From positions 2,721-66,720 of the forward strand of contig CAZRWF010000005.1 in assembly GCA_964603685.1 (NCBI GenBank): DNA of 64,000 nucleotides. The letters run 5' to 3'. The notes beneath the pieces were generated by a model, which was given only the letters and a program-made list of their open reading frames with translations, ran no database searches and was not told the origin of the DNA. Source of the DNA: an uncultured Chitinophagaceae bacterium. GTDB lineage: Bacteria; Bacteroidota; Ignavibacteria; UBA10030; UBA8401. The position numbers and the translations under genes were made by a program. Below, in pieces: positions 9,816-20,500 of this stretch (position 1 is its first letter; each line of letters begins with the position of its first letter).

Positions 9816-10688
9816 TCAAGCAAAATAGATGATGGAAATACAGGCCAGCAGCCACAACAACAGGTTTACCGCCGTCGGAATATCCTTCGTCAGAACGGCG
9901 GTCGGATTTTCCCCTTCACCACGGACGAAAACGAGAAACAGGTACCGGAAGATGCCGAACAACACAAATACTGTCGTAAAGATCAAATATTCGGAGCGGA
10001 ACATGGCGATCGTTTTTTCGGACATGGTGTACAACGAATAGGAAATGGCCATGCCTGTCGTAGTGATCAATATGATCCCGTCCAAAAATTGCACGGTGTA
10101 CGCGGTGAGCACTTTGCGTTTTGTTTCGATCTTCTCTTTTTGGATCAACACCAATTCGGCGCGCCGTTTTGATGCGGCAAGGAATAACGAAAGGAACAGC
10201 GTCGTCACGACGATCCAATGAGAAATCGACACCTGAATAGCCAACGCGCCGGCAAACACCCGCATCATAAATCCCATAGCAATGATGAACAGGTCCAAGA
10301 TGACGACATGTTTTAATACGACGGAATAACCGATTTGAAGAAGAACATAGGCCGTCACCATAAGGACAAACGACACCGGCAACATCTGCGAAATTGACAA
10401 TGCGGCGGAGAGAAGCAACAAGGCGACGGCAACGGCAGACGGAAGGGAAATTTCACCTGAAGCAACGGGGCGGTTTTTCTTCACCGGGTGAAGACGGTCC
10501 GCATCCCGGTCGAAGATATCATTGAAAACATAGACCACACTGGAGGCCAGCGAAAATGAGGCAAAGGCGAGTACGGCATTTACGACATAGTCGCGGTCCA
10601 ACAAGTGTTGAGAAAATATCAACGGCGTAAAGACGAATCCGTTCTTCAGCCATTGTTGCGGTCTGATTAGACGGAGGTACGAATTCAT
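9816..10688 (-). CDS. UbiA-family prenyl-phosphate 5-phosphoribosyltransferase (decaprenyl-phosphate phosphoribosyltransferase-like)
   Basis: 290 aa polytopic protein. N-terminal LIRPQQWLKNGFVF and the Asp-rich motif NDIFDRDADRLHPVKKNRPVASGE resemble Rv3806c-type enzymes. Confidence 0.8.
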   Translation of the reverse strand: MNSYLRLIRPQQWLKNGFVFTPLIFSQHLLDRDYVVNAVLAFASFSLASSVVYVFNDIFDRDADRLHPVKKNRPVASGEISLPSAVAVALLLLSAALSISQMLPVSFVLMVTAYVLLQIGYSVVLKHVVILDLFIIAMGFMMRVFAGALAIQVSISHWIVVTTLFLSLFLAASKRRAELVLIQKEKIETKRKVLTAYTVQFLDGIILITTTGMAISYSLYTMSEKTIAMFRSEYLIFTTVFVLFGIFRYLFLVFVRGEGENPTAVLTKDIPTAVNLLLWLLACISIIYFA

Positions 10689-11095
10689 GGCTTCTTCTTT
10701 CGTACCGGCGGGTTTTTCCGTCCAGGTGATGCCGGACGTCGGGAACGCGGTGTTGCCGGAGCCGGAACAGGATCCGCGGGGGGAACGGAACCGATCTCCA
10801 ACACGGCATCGGCGAGAAGTTTGAACCTATCTTCCATGGTATCACGAATGCGATGCCACGCATACATCACCACCATCGGGACGAGCAGCAACAAATACTC
10901 CGGCGATTGTGTGATCGGTTTCTGATAGATGAAAAAAAGCATGATATAGTAGAACATCCACAGGACCATAGTGTAAATTGCGTTCCGCCGATTATTTTCA
11001 CTCGACTTTTGATAGCGGGAAATCTCTTCCAGCAATTGTACCAAACGAATACGCGCGACTGGATCCATGTGTGTCTCCTTTTTATTCTTCGACAA
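10685..11095 (-). CDS. Hypothetical small membrane protein with a Pro/Arg/Lys-rich tail
   Basis: 136 aa with two predicted TM helices and the tail PPADPVPAPATPRSRRPASPGRKNPPVRKKKP. Overlaps UbiA by 4 nt. No recognisable family. Confidence 0.5.
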   Translation of the reverse strand: MSKNKKETHMDPVARIRLVQLLEEISRYQKSSENNRRNAIYTMVLWMFYYIMLFFIYQKPITQSPEYLLLLVPMVVMYAWHRIRDTMEDRFKLLADAVLEIGSVPPADPVPAPATPRSRRPASPGRKNPPVRKKKP

Positions 11096-11098
11096 TGT

Positions 11099-12766
11099 TC
11101 AAAAAACCGCTTGCTCCTCGTAGATTCCGAAATGTTCGACGAGGGCATTACACATCTCCCCCAGAGTGACGTAGTGTCGTGTGGCATTGAGGAAATGCGG
11201 CATCAAGTTGGATCCGTCAGCAGCCGCTTGTTTCAGAGCGCGTACGGCATCGTCACAGGCCGCTTGATTCCTGCTCTGCCGGAGATCCGCTAGGCGTTTC
11301 CGTTGGAGCACTTCCACTTCCGGTGAAATGGCAAGAATCGGAATGTCAATCTTCTCCTCTTCCTCCACATATTGATTCACGCCGACGATGATCTTCTCCT
11401 TCGTATCCAGTTCGCGCTGGTAACGATACGCCGCTTCTGCAATCTCCCGCTGGAAAAATCCTTGTTCGATTGCCGGGATGACACCGCCCAGCATTTCAAT
11501 CTTTTCAAAATATTGTTCCGCTTCCTCCTCCATCCGCGTGGTGAGTGCTTCCACAAAATAACTTCCGCCGAGCGGATCGACCACATTCGCCACACCGGTC
11601 TCATCGGCAATAATCTGCTGCGTGCGGAGAGCGATCTTCACCGCTTTATCCGATGGCAATGCCAATGTCTCATCCATGGAATTCGTATGCAGCGACTGAG
11701 TCCCCCCTAAAACACCCGCCAATGCCTGAATGGCGGTGCGAACGATGTTGTTTTCCGGCTGTTGCGCCGTTAATGTACAACCGGCCGTTTGCGTATGGAA
11801 TCGGAGAGTCCACGATTTCGGATTTTTTGCACCGTATTTATATTTCATCCGTTTCGCGTAGATTCGCCGTGCCGCTCGGAATTTGGCGATCTCTTCAAAG
11901 AAGTCGAGGTGAGAATTAAAAAAATATGAGATACGCGGAGCAAATTCATCCACATCCATTCCCGCGGCGATGCCGGCTTCGATGTAGGCAAATCCGTCGG
12001 CCAAAGTGAATGCAAGTTCCTGGACGGAGGTTGAACCGGCTTCCCGTATATGATAACCGGACACGGAGATAGGGTTAAACTGCGGAAGTTCTTTCGCGCA
12101 ATATTGAAACATATCGGTAATGATCCGCATCGACGGTTTCGGAGGATAGATCCACTCTTTCTGTGCGATGTACTCCTTTAACATGTCGTTTTGGATGGTG
12201 CCGCGCAGAACGTTGGAACGAAGTCCTTGTTTCTCGGCAACAGCAATATAAAACGCCAGGATCATCGCCGCCGGAGCATTGATGGTCATGGACGTTGTCA
12301 CCTGATCGAGCGGTATTCCTTTGAATAAGATTTCCATGTCCGCCAGCGAACTCACGGCGACACCGCAAATTCCGACCTCCCCTTCCGACAACGGATCATC
12401 GGCATCCCTCCCCATCAATGTCGGAAGATCGAATGCGGTCGAGAGTCCGGTTTGGCCGTGTTCGAGCAGATACTTGAAGCGCTGATTCGTGTCTTCCGGC
12501 GTTCCGAAGCCGGCAAATTGTCGCATCGTCCACAGCTTGCCTCGGTATCCGGATTGATGGATGCCGCGCGTATAGGGAAACTCGCCCGGAAAACCGATCT
12601 CCGACAGGTAGTTGATCTCTTTGACATCGTCCGGCGTATAGAGCATCTCCACCGGCGCTCCGCTGACCGTGGTAAATTTTACGGGACGGACTTTGGAAGA
12701 GGCGGCGGAAGATTTGTGTTTTTGTGCCGCGGCACCGATCGCTGCCGGATCGTTCACTGTTGCCAT
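11099..12766 (-). CDS. Methylmalonyl-CoA (acyl-CoA) mutase, large catalytic subunit without a B12-binding domain
   Basis: 555 aa with a strongly conserved mutase core ([39 protein letters not shown]). Ends before the cobalamin-binding domain. Confidence 0.9.
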   Translation of the reverse strand: MATVNDPAAIGAAAQKHKSSAASSKVRPVKFTTVSGAPVEMLYTPDDVKEINYLSEIGFPGEFPYTRGIHQSGYRGKLWTMRQFAGFGTPEDTNQRFKYLLEHGQTGLSTAFDLPTLMGRDADDPLSEGEVGICGVAVSSLADMEILFKGIPLDQVTTSMTINAPAAMILAFYIAVAEKQGLRSNVLRGTIQNDMLKEYIAQKEWIYPPKPSMRIITDMFQYCAKELPQFNPISVSGYHIREAGSTSVQELAFTLADGFAYIEAGIAAGMDVDEFAPRISYFFNSHLDFFEEIAKFRAARRIYAKRMKYKYGAKNPKSWTLRFHTQTAGCTLTAQQPENNIVRTAIQALAGVLGGTQSLHTNSMDETLALPSDKAVKIALRTQQIIADETGVANVVDPLGGSYFVEALTTRMEEEAEQYFEKIEMLGGVIPAIEQGFFQREIAEAAYRYQRELDTKEKIIVGVNQYVEEEEKIDIPILAISPEVEVLQRKRLADLRQSRNQAACDDAVRALKQAAADGSNLMPHFLNATRHYVTLGEMCNALVEHFGIYEEQAVF

Positions 12767-12793
12767 GATGGTTCTCCGATATGTTTGATCGTG

Positions 12794-12827
12794 AAAAGGA
12801 ACAGCCGTGCGAATAACGGCAGGTTCC
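12794..12827 (-). terminator. Putative intrinsic terminator after the ABM gene
   Basis: On the minus strand: GGAACCUGCCGUUAUUCGCACGGCUGUUCC followed by UUUU. The stem is imperfect and the U-tract short. Confidence 0.4.
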
Positions 12828-12831
12828 GCAT

Positions 12832-13116
12832 TTATTGAACGGTGTGCACCGTCACGAGAGGATCACCCTCGATCAGTGCGATAAATTTTGGCCGAAATTC
12901 CGTATAGTGTCGGCTGCGATTATGAGCGTCGATGGAACCTTGGTCCGCCCATTCTTCATAGAAAAAAAATTGTTCCGGCCGGCGGAGATCCCGGTAAAAG
13001 CTGTACCGGATACACCCGGGCTCCTTTCGGGACGGTTCGATCATCCCGGTACAGAGAGCAATCAACTCGTTCTCAGCACCGGGACGGGAGGTGCAAAAAA
13101 CGGTAATAATTTTCAT
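12832..13116 (-). CDS. ABM-domain (antibiotic biosynthesis monooxygenase-like) protein
   Basis: 94 aa ferredoxin-like ABM pattern (CIRYSFYRD...[16 protein letters not shown]). Confidence 0.7.
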   Translation of the reverse strand: MKIITVFCTSRPGAENELIALCTGMIEPSRKEPGCIRYSFYRDLRRPEQFFFYEEWADQGSIDAHNRSRHYTEFRPKFIALIEGDPLVTVHTVQ

Positions 13117-13119
13117 CGT

Positions 13120-14958
13120 TCACGTCCTGAAAAATCTCCGGTCCAGTTCCGCCAGAGAGAGTTTAATAAGCACCGGACGGCCGTGCGGACAGACGTACGG
13201 CATAGCGGTGGCGAACAATTGATCGATCAGCGAGCGCATTTCTGTTTCGCTCAGTTTCTCCCCCGCTTTGATCGCCGCTTTGCACGAAAATGACTTGGCA
13301 ATGTTGTCACGCGCATCCAATTTTACGCGCAGTTGATTGTTTTTAAATTCATCGAGAATATCCTGAAGAATGTTCGATTCCGTTCCCGCTTTCACTTCCG
13401 GCGGGACACCTTCCAGAACGAACGTATTTTTCCCGAACGGCCGCGTTTCAAATCCGATCGAATGGAGGAACGGCAGCAGTTCGGCGGTCAACGAAAAATC
13501 GCCGGCAGGAAGCTGAATGGTTTGCGGAAACAACAGCTGCTGAGACGAGGGGACGGAATTGTTCATTCTGGTCAATGCCCGTTCGTACAGAATCCGTTCA
13601 TGAGCAACGTGCTGATCGATGATCATCAATCCGGAACGGATCTGTGTCAGGATATATTTGTTGTGCAGCTGCCAGATCGCTTTCCCTTCCTGCGCTTCGC
13701 TTTCCCTTGTGCCGTGTTGCACCCGGACCGGCGTATCATCCGGCGGTGACACCGGGTGCATCGGCGAGCGTGCAAAAATCTGATCGAGCGTTGCATTCAA
13801 ATCGAACGGCACCGATTCTCCGGACAACGGCGGCGGCGAGAAACTTGCATCAATGTTTCCGGATGTCGGCACCGGCCGCGGCGCATCGGAATACAGACGG
13901 GGAAATGCCGTATGCCGCAATGAAGAAAAATCGTCCGACGGGCGTTGGAACTCCACCGTCGGCGTAATGTCGCTGTTCCCCAGCGCTTTGCGGACAACGG
14001 ACATCACGATGCGATAGATATGCTGTTCATCCGCGAATTTCACTTCCATCTTCGACGGGTGCACATTCACATCCACTTTGTGCGGATCGATTTCAATCAT
14101 CAGGAGAAAAAACGGAAAATTTCCCTTCTCGACCAAATGTTCGTAGCCGGAGAAGACCGCGTGATTGATCGAGCGACTCATGATAAATCGTTTGTTCAAA
14201 AAAACGAACTGGTCCACCTTCGATTTCCGGGCAAAGTCCGGCTTCCCGATATATCCGGAAATCGACATCAACTCCGTCGTTTCGTGCAGCGGAATCAGCG
14301 TCGCAAAATGCCGCTCGCCGAAGAGTGTTTTCAGTCGATCTTCCAGCGTTTGTGACGGGAGTGCCAGAATCGTATCGTCATCACTGACGAATTCCACGGC
14401 GATCTCCGGTTTCGACAAGACGAGCCGCTGGATCGTGTCATAGATGTGTTTAAATTCGGTGTTGTTGGATTTTAAAAATTGACGGCGGGCCGGCGTGTTG
14501 TAGAAAAGGTTTTTTACGCTGATGGTTGTCCCCACCGGATGGGCCGTTTTCGTCCGCTCTTTCACTTCGCTTCCTTCAATCCGCACCAGCGTTCCCACCG
14601 CGTCTTCGGAACGACGGGTTTTCAATTCCACCTGGGCCACAGCGGCGATGGAGGCGAGCGCTTCACCGCGGAATCCCAACGTCCGAATATTCTCCAGATC
14701 CTCATACGTTACGATCTTGCTCGTGGCGTGGCGGGCGAACGACTTGACGGCATCCTCCTCCCCCATCCCTTTCCCGTTGTCGACGAATTGGATGAGAGTT
14801 TTGCCCGCATTGGTGACGGTGATGGTGATGGACGTCGCGCCGGCATCGATGGAATTTTCGAGCAATTCTTTCACGACGGAATCGGGGCGCTGTACCACTT
14901 CTCCGGCGGCGATCTTGTTCGCGAGATGATCGGGCAATATGTTGATGACGGATGCCAT
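13120..14958 (-). CDS. mutL: DNA mismatch repair protein MutL
   Basis: GHKL ATPase N-terminus MASVINILPDHLANKIAAGEVVQRP and DNGKGM. C-terminal dimerisation/endonuclease region DQHVAHERILYE. The start is trimmed from the longest ORF (15324) to 14958, which gives a TAATG junction with the epimerase gene. Confidence 0.9.
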   Translation of the reverse strand: MASVINILPDHLANKIAAGEVVQRPDSVVKELLENSIDAGATSITITVTNAGKTLIQFVDNGKGMGEEDAVKSFARHATSKIVTYEDLENIRTLGFRGEALASIAAVAQVELKTRRSEDAVGTLVRIEGSEVKERTKTAHPVGTTISVKNLFYNTPARRQFLKSNNTEFKHIYDTIQRLVLSKPEIAVEFVSDDDTILALPSQTLEDRLKTLFGERHFATLIPLHETTELMSISGYIGKPDFARKSKVDQFVFLNKRFIMSRSINHAVFSGYEHLVEKGNFPFFLLMIEIDPHKVDVNVHPSKMEVKFADEQHIYRIVMSVVRKALGNSDITPTVEFQRPSDDFSSLRHTAFPRLYSDAPRPVPTSGNIDASFSPPPLSGESVPFDLNATLDQIFARSPMHPVSPPDDTPVRVQHGTRESEAQEGKAIWQLHNKYILTQIRSGLMIIDQHVAHERILYERALTRMNNSVPSSQQLLFPQTIQLPAGDFSLTAELLPFLHSIGFETRPFGKNTFVLEGVPPEVKAGTESNILQDILDEFKNNQLRVKLDARDNIAKSFSCKAAIKAGEKLSETEMRSLIDQLFATAMPYVCPHGRPVLIKLSLAELDRRFFRT

Positions 14959-15974
14959 TATTGCTTTAAAGTCACTCCCAGTCCCGGCTGCGTGGTTAAG
15001 GCCAATGTTCCCCGGATATTCCGCACACCGGCGAACGGATCGTTGGAGATCAACACATTGCCGTCCAGATCCGCATAATCCAACAGCGGACTGACATGAG
15101 CGCCGGCGGAGATACCGACGGCGGTTTCGATCATACATCCCATCATCACTTTCATGTTCAACGCACGCGCGGTGTTGATCATCCTCATCGCTTCGCGGAG
15201 GCCGGTACATTTCATCAACTTGATGTTGATGCCGTCGTACGCTTTGGCCAATTTCGGAATTTCGGAAAGCCGCAGTACACTTTCGTCCGCAATCAACGGC
15301 AGATCGGACTTCTCCCGCAGCCATTGGATATCGTCGAACTGTTCGGCCGGCATCGGTTGTTCGACGAATTCAACGTTTTGATCCTTTAACCATTTAATCC
15401 GCTCAAGCGCGAGGTGTTTGTCCTTCCAACCCTCGTTCGCATCAACGTACAGCACTTTGTCCGTGATCTTCCGGATCGTAGTGATCATCTCTTCGTCATT
15501 CTCCGAGCCGACCTTCACTTTCAGGATCGGATATTCTTCCGCTTCATGAACTTTTTGCTCGACCACTTCTTTGGAATCGATGGCAATGGTAAAAGAACAG
15601 GCGGCGGTTTTGGCCGGATTCAATCCCCATAATTGATACAACGGCACATGTAATTTTTTCCCGATCCAATCGTGGAGCGCAAGATCGACGGCACATTTGG
15701 CCGAGGTGTTGCCCGGCGCCGCCGCATCCACGTACGATAGGATTTCTTCCAGCTGGAACGGCGATTCGAACCTTTTCAGATCAAGGCGTTGTAAAAAAGC
15801 GGTGATCGTCTCGAGCGATTCGCCGTACCGTTTGGTGGGAGATGCTTCGCCGTAGGCGATGATGCCGTCATGTTCGAGTTCGAGGATAATCACGGGAGCG
15901 ATATCGCGGGCGCTCCGGGAAATCCGAAACGTGTGTTTGAGACGGAGATCGTATTGCTTCCAGGTCAGAGTCAT
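14958..15974 (-). CDS. Dipeptide (L-Ala-D/L-Glu-type) epimerase, enolase superfamily
   Basis: 338 aa with enolase-superfamily metal-ligand and catalytic blocks (KVKVG, YVDANEGW, FVEQP, IADES). Confidence 0.85.
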   Translation of the reverse strand: MTLTWKQYDLRLKHTFRISRSARDIAPVIILELEHDGIIAYGEASPTKRYGESLETITAFLQRLDLKRFESPFQLEEILSYVDAAAPGNTSAKCAVDLALHDWIGKKLHVPLYQLWGLNPAKTAACSFTIAIDSKEVVEQKVHEAEEYPILKVKVGSENDEEMITTIRKITDKVLYVDANEGWKDKHLALERIKWLKDQNVEFVEQPMPAEQFDDIQWLREKSDLPLIADESVLRLSEIPKLAKAYDGINIKLMKCTGLREAMRMINTARALNMKVMMGCMIETAVGISAGAHVSPLLDYADLDGNVLISNDPFAGVRNIRGTLALTTQPGLGVTLKQ

Positions 15975-16006
15975 AGCGGATTAAGAATGATGTGGCGGTC
16001 GACCGT

Positions 16007-16957
16007 TCAGTGATTCTCTTGTTCAAATAATGCGCGAACGAACTTTTCCGGATCAAACGGCTGCAGATCCCCGATCTGTTCACCGACGCCGATAAACCGC
16101 ACCGGCCGCTGCACGGCGTTGCTGACGGCGAAGATCACTCCCCCTTTCGCCGTCCCATCCAGTTTGGTGAGTACGATGCCGGTTACTCCGACCGCCTCAT
16201 TAAACATCTTCGCCTGCTGAATCGCATTTTGTCCGGTCGTGGCATCCAGCACCAACAGCACTTCGTGCGGTGCTTCGGCGCTCACCTTGGTGATGACCCG
16301 TTTGATCTTTTTGAGTTCTTCCATCAGGTTCGTTTTCGTGTGGAGCCGCCCGGCGGTATCGACGATCACGACCTCCGCTCCGCGCGATTTAGCCGCCTGC
16401 ACGGTGTCGAAGGCGACAGCGGCAGGGTCAGAACCGTGCAGCTGCTGGACGATCTCCACTCCGGCACGTTTCGCCCAAATTTCCAATTGTTCGTTCGCCG
16501 CTGCACGAAACGTATCGGCGGCACCGATAAGAACAGTGCGGCCGGCCGAGCGGTAATTGTGCGCTAATTTTCCGATAGTGGTCGTTTTACCGACACCGTT
16601 CACTCCAACGACCATGATCACATACGGTGCGGTGTGCGGCGGAAAAGCGAAAGGATCGGCGGCAGTGATTCCCGCAATAAGTGCGGCTTCCGCCTCGTCA
16701 CGGACAAGGGCGTTCAGTTCTTCCGTCGTTTCATATTTTTTTTCGCGCGCCCGCCGTTCGATATTGTCAATAATCCTGCGCGTTGCGGAGACTCCCACAT
16801 CGCTGGAGAGAAATATCTCCTCCAGTTGTTTCAAAAAATCCTCGTCGATCTTCCCTTTGGCAAACACCAGACGATTCACTTTTGCGACAAGCGAATCGCG
16901 CGTCTTACTCAATCCCTCTTTTAATCGCGACAGCGTTAATGAATCAAAAAAACCCAA
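16007..16957 (-). CDS. ftsY: Signal recognition particle receptor FtsY (short form, NG domain only)
   Basis: GTPase motifs GVNGVGKTTTIGKLA, DTAGR and TKLDGTAKGG. Confidence 0.9.
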   Translation of the reverse strand: MGFFDSLTLSRLKEGLSKTRDSLVAKVNRLVFAKGKIDEDFLKQLEEIFLSSDVGVSATRRIIDNIERRAREKKYETTEELNALVRDEAEAALIAGITAADPFAFPPHTAPYVIMVVGVNGVGKTTTIGKLAHNYRSAGRTVLIGAADTFRAAANEQLEIWAKRAGVEIVQQLHGSDPAAVAFDTVQAAKSRGAEVVIVDTAGRLHTKTNLMEELKKIKRVITKVSAEAPHEVLLVLDATTGQNAIQQAKMFNEAVGVTGIVLTKLDGTAKGGVIFAVSNAVQRPVRFIGVGEQIGDLQPFDPEKFVRALFEQENH

Positions 16958-16996
16958 AACTTTTTTTCCTTTATTGAGTCACATGAACAAAAATTA

Positions 16997-17566
16997 TCAT
17001 TGAGCGGAGTTCTTGTTGCCGTATTGATGCAACGTTTCAAAAAACCGGCGTCCATAGACAATCAATGAAAACCCGAGCAAACCGATGCTGAGCCATTGAA
17101 AAAACAGATATGCCGCGTGCAATGATGGATACCCCAGAACCGGAAAGACCAGCGTGAGCGCTAATATGGAGACAGCCACTTTTCCCGACATCAAGGAGGG
17201 CAAAATAATCCCTGTTTTCTTTTTGATATATAATCCGGCCAAAAAAATGATCAGATCACGCGTCAACACCGTCACGGCGAACCATAAGGGAATATCGCCA
17301 AAAAACGTCAGCATTACAACAATAGCGCCGATGGCGACCTTGTCGGCGAGCGGATCGATCACTTTCCCGAATTCGGATACTTCATTTCGCCGGCGCGCCA
17401 CATATCCATCCAACGCATCGGTCGCCACCGCGATGAGGATGATGAACAATGCAATTTCCCGGTGGAATGGAACCGGCGTGATCAAATAATACACCGCCGG
17501 CACCATCAAAACGATCCGGCTAATCGATAATGCATTCGAAATGGTCCACCATCCGGTTGTATTCAT
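16997..17566 (-). CDS. pgsA: CDP-alcohol phosphatidyltransferase (PgsA-like)
   Basis: Motif DALDGYVARRRNEVSEFGKVIDPLADK. I use the start MNTTGWW (17566, an ATGA overlap with the protease gene). The longest ORF extends 123 nt into the upstream gene. Confidence 0.75.
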   Translation of the reverse strand: MNTTGWWTISNALSISRIVLMVPAVYYLITPVPFHREIALFIILIAVATDALDGYVARRRNEVSEFGKVIDPLADKVAIGAIVVMLTFFGDIPLWFAVTVLTRDLIIFLAGLYIKKKTGIILPSLMSGKVAVSILALTLVFPVLGYPSLHAAYLFFQWLSIGLLGFSLIVYGRRFFETLHQYGNKNSAQ

Positions 17567-20500
17567 CGGATCACCGCAAATTTTCCCAATGTTGTGTTCT
17601 GCGATTGATGTTGATCGTTCAATTGTTCCACACGATACAAATAGATTCCCGTCGAAACAACTCTGCCCCGATGATCCCGGAGATCCCATGAAATACCCTC
17701 ACGGGTCGTCATGCGGTCGAAAACTTTGATGATTTCGCCGGTCGACGCAAAAATTGTGATGCGGCAGTTTTCCGGGAGATGGACAAACGATATTTTTTCC
17801 GAAGACCGGACGGGATTCGGAAAGACAACGATATCTGATATCGATGAAATCGGTTGATCGATGGAGAGTGTTTGGTCTCTGTCGGTATCAAGTGCCCTGC
17901 CGGATATCGAACGGACTTGTCGGGACACCTTCACCTCCAACCGGAGAGCAATGGAAAAAAGATTTTGCTCCACACACCTCAGCAAGACCGTGGTTGGGGA
18001 CAACGAATCGACGCCGGCGACCGTAAAAGTCCTGATGGAGTTTTTAACAGCATAGTACGCAATGTTCCGGGCGGTCTCTCCGACGGGAATTTCATTAAAT
18101 TCCACAATGATGCTGTTCGGGGAATGTCGGGAAATGCTCCGGACAAAAAACTTCTGTACGGATACCATGCCGGCAGTAAACGTAAACGATGCGGTGGTAT
18201 CCCCTTCCAATCCTTCCGCATCGGTCAACCAGACAATCCGTATCACATGGGAACCGGAATCGATCGTGCGCGGGAGTGTCACAAGAAGAGTCCGCGCCGA
18301 GGTCCAAAGTGCGGACGAAGAGAAGATCGTCGTATCGACCGCGAATCGTGCGCTCAACGCTAGATCCGATCGTATATCGAACGATACCGTCACCATTAAC
18401 TGATCGGTCGAAAGTTGTCGAATCGCAGTGATCGTCGCCGGAAGATGCGGCACTGCTGAGACCACCGGAGTTCGTTCGCTTTCTGCAGTAGAGACCGAAG
18501 CGACGGAATAATAATATTTTATTCCGGTGGTCAGCAATGTATCTGTCCATTCCCGTTGATTCGAAAGAGTTTGTATCGCGAACAGTGAATCGAGAGCAGT
18601 TCCCCGATAGATTTTTGTCGTTGGCACCGATGTATTCCACCGAAGCCGTATGGAGGAAGCAGAGAGTGGAACCGCATAAAGACCGTACGGAGGTGTCGTC
18701 ACCGTCGGATCGGCAACGGACCAAAATTCCGTTCGGTTGTTCGTATGAAATCCGATATCCGCAGCGCCGTCGCCGTCAAAATCGCTGACGATCACGGAAT
18801 TGCTCTGCGATGAATGGGTCCACCGCGATACGAACGTTTTCTGAACGGCATCCCATGCAAAAACATATAAAAATGGATTGAAGGAAAGGAAAAGCATGTC
18901 GCGATCGTCCGTCATCCGTAATTTTCCTGCCGCAATGCCGTTATCGTATCGGCTCCCCCCTTTGACGCCTGCAAAATGATATTCCCAAATTTTTGTCACG
19001 GACCCCGGCCCGGCGGACGGCACATGGGAAAAAACGCGGACGGTCCAGACCGGAACGTTGTATTCGCGATCATCATTGGCATCAATCGAACTGTGTCCCG
19101 CTACGACAATGTCCTGAATACCGTCGCCGGTGAAGTCACCCGCAGCGATAAAATCACTAGTCGAAAAAAGGTCGGACGTGTCGACCGCCGCAAGGGTGAA
19201 ATCCAGCGATTGCGACGACTGTTGGCGGTACATCAAGAGGTCGCCGTCATGATCCGCAAAGATGATCTCTTTTTTGCCAGAATTGGTAAAGTCACCGACA
19301 ATCGTTCGCGGCGGACCGAATTGATTCCTCGCTTCATTGCTCAACGGCGGTGTTGGATTTGGTAAGTGGTCGACTATACCATATGCGGCATTACCTAAAT
19401 CAGCATAGATCAAATATTCAGAAGAACTTCGTGCGATGATCTCATCTTTTCCGTCACCATTCAAATCAACGATTTGACTTGCCCAGACATCGGTCGAATC
19501 GGACCAGATCACCGCAGAGAAAAATCGTTTGCCGGCGGTATCGACGCGAAAAAGATTGGAGACCCCTCTGTCCTGCACAAGTACAGATGGAGTTTGTCCG
19601 TTTAATCGTGCAAAACCTCGGGGGACCCACGATCGCGCGGCAGAATCCTGCGCCACAAACGCCCCGGCAATAAATCCGAACGCTTTTGTTTTCCCGAAAT
19701 CATTGTCCCGCGTATATTCATTCAAAACAACATGCGGCACTCCCCCGATGTGTGTTGTGGAATTCAACAAAAACCCTTTCGGGAGGGAAAAACTTTTTTG
19801 TGTAAATCCTACGGTTGAGAGAGAAGTAATCGGATGTTCGATCTCAAAAAGCTCGAAACCGGCCGATATCGTCGTAGGAAAACGGACTTGCCTCCCAGTA
19901 TCGGAATTTTCACTAAAAACAGTGTAAAATTCGAATTTTTCACCGGGAGTGATAATATTTCTACCCAGAAAGAAATGATGATTTCGTAACGTTCCGAGTG
20001 ATCGAATTGATTGGAAATTGACCGTTCCCTTTTTCCGGTAATACAGATATCCGTCCGTTAGCCGGTCAGTTCGAGCTTCGATCAGTCCGGTAAACTCTGT
20101 TCCGATGATCACGGAATCCCGGAATCGGAACGACGTAACGGTCGGCGGTGAGTGTGCGATCTGTATTCGTTGAAGTGCGACGAGGTCGTTTCCTTTGCTA
20201 TTTTTTACTATTAACTTTAAAACATAAACTCCATCTATAAATGAGTTTAGCGCTAAAAAAATGATGGTGTCTCGAACAAGTATTCTATTGTTCAGAACCT
20301 TCAAGTCTGTCCATTCTGACGGTTGGTCGCCGCGTCCGATCTGCAGCCGGACGGAAGCGAGGTATGGTGATTTAGCCGAAACGATGACCGGCGTACCATT
20401 CGTTGAGAGGATATCGTCCAGTCCGGGAGAATGGATTGTTGCTTCCGAACCGGAACCGGCCGTGGCGGCAAGAGCGTTCACCACTCCCGCTCCGGTGAAT

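Noticed and set aside
10685-11095. The 136-aa ORF downstream of the mutase as its B12-binding small subunit (the size matches).
   Set aside because: The sequence has two hydrophobic helices and a Pro/Arg/Lys tail. It lacks DxHxxG and a Rossmann-like pattern, so it is not a cobalamin-binding domain.
13120-15324. Longest-ORF N-terminal extensions of mutL (to 15324), ispF (3689), the M14 peptidase (9855), pgsA (17689), nadB (24999), the small OMP (25756) and thrS (39417).
   Set aside because: The extensions overlap the upstream gene by 40-370 nt and have non-protein-like sequence. In each case they precede an internal Met that starts exactly at the conserved N-terminus or signal peptide and restores an abutting or 1-4-nt-overlap junction.
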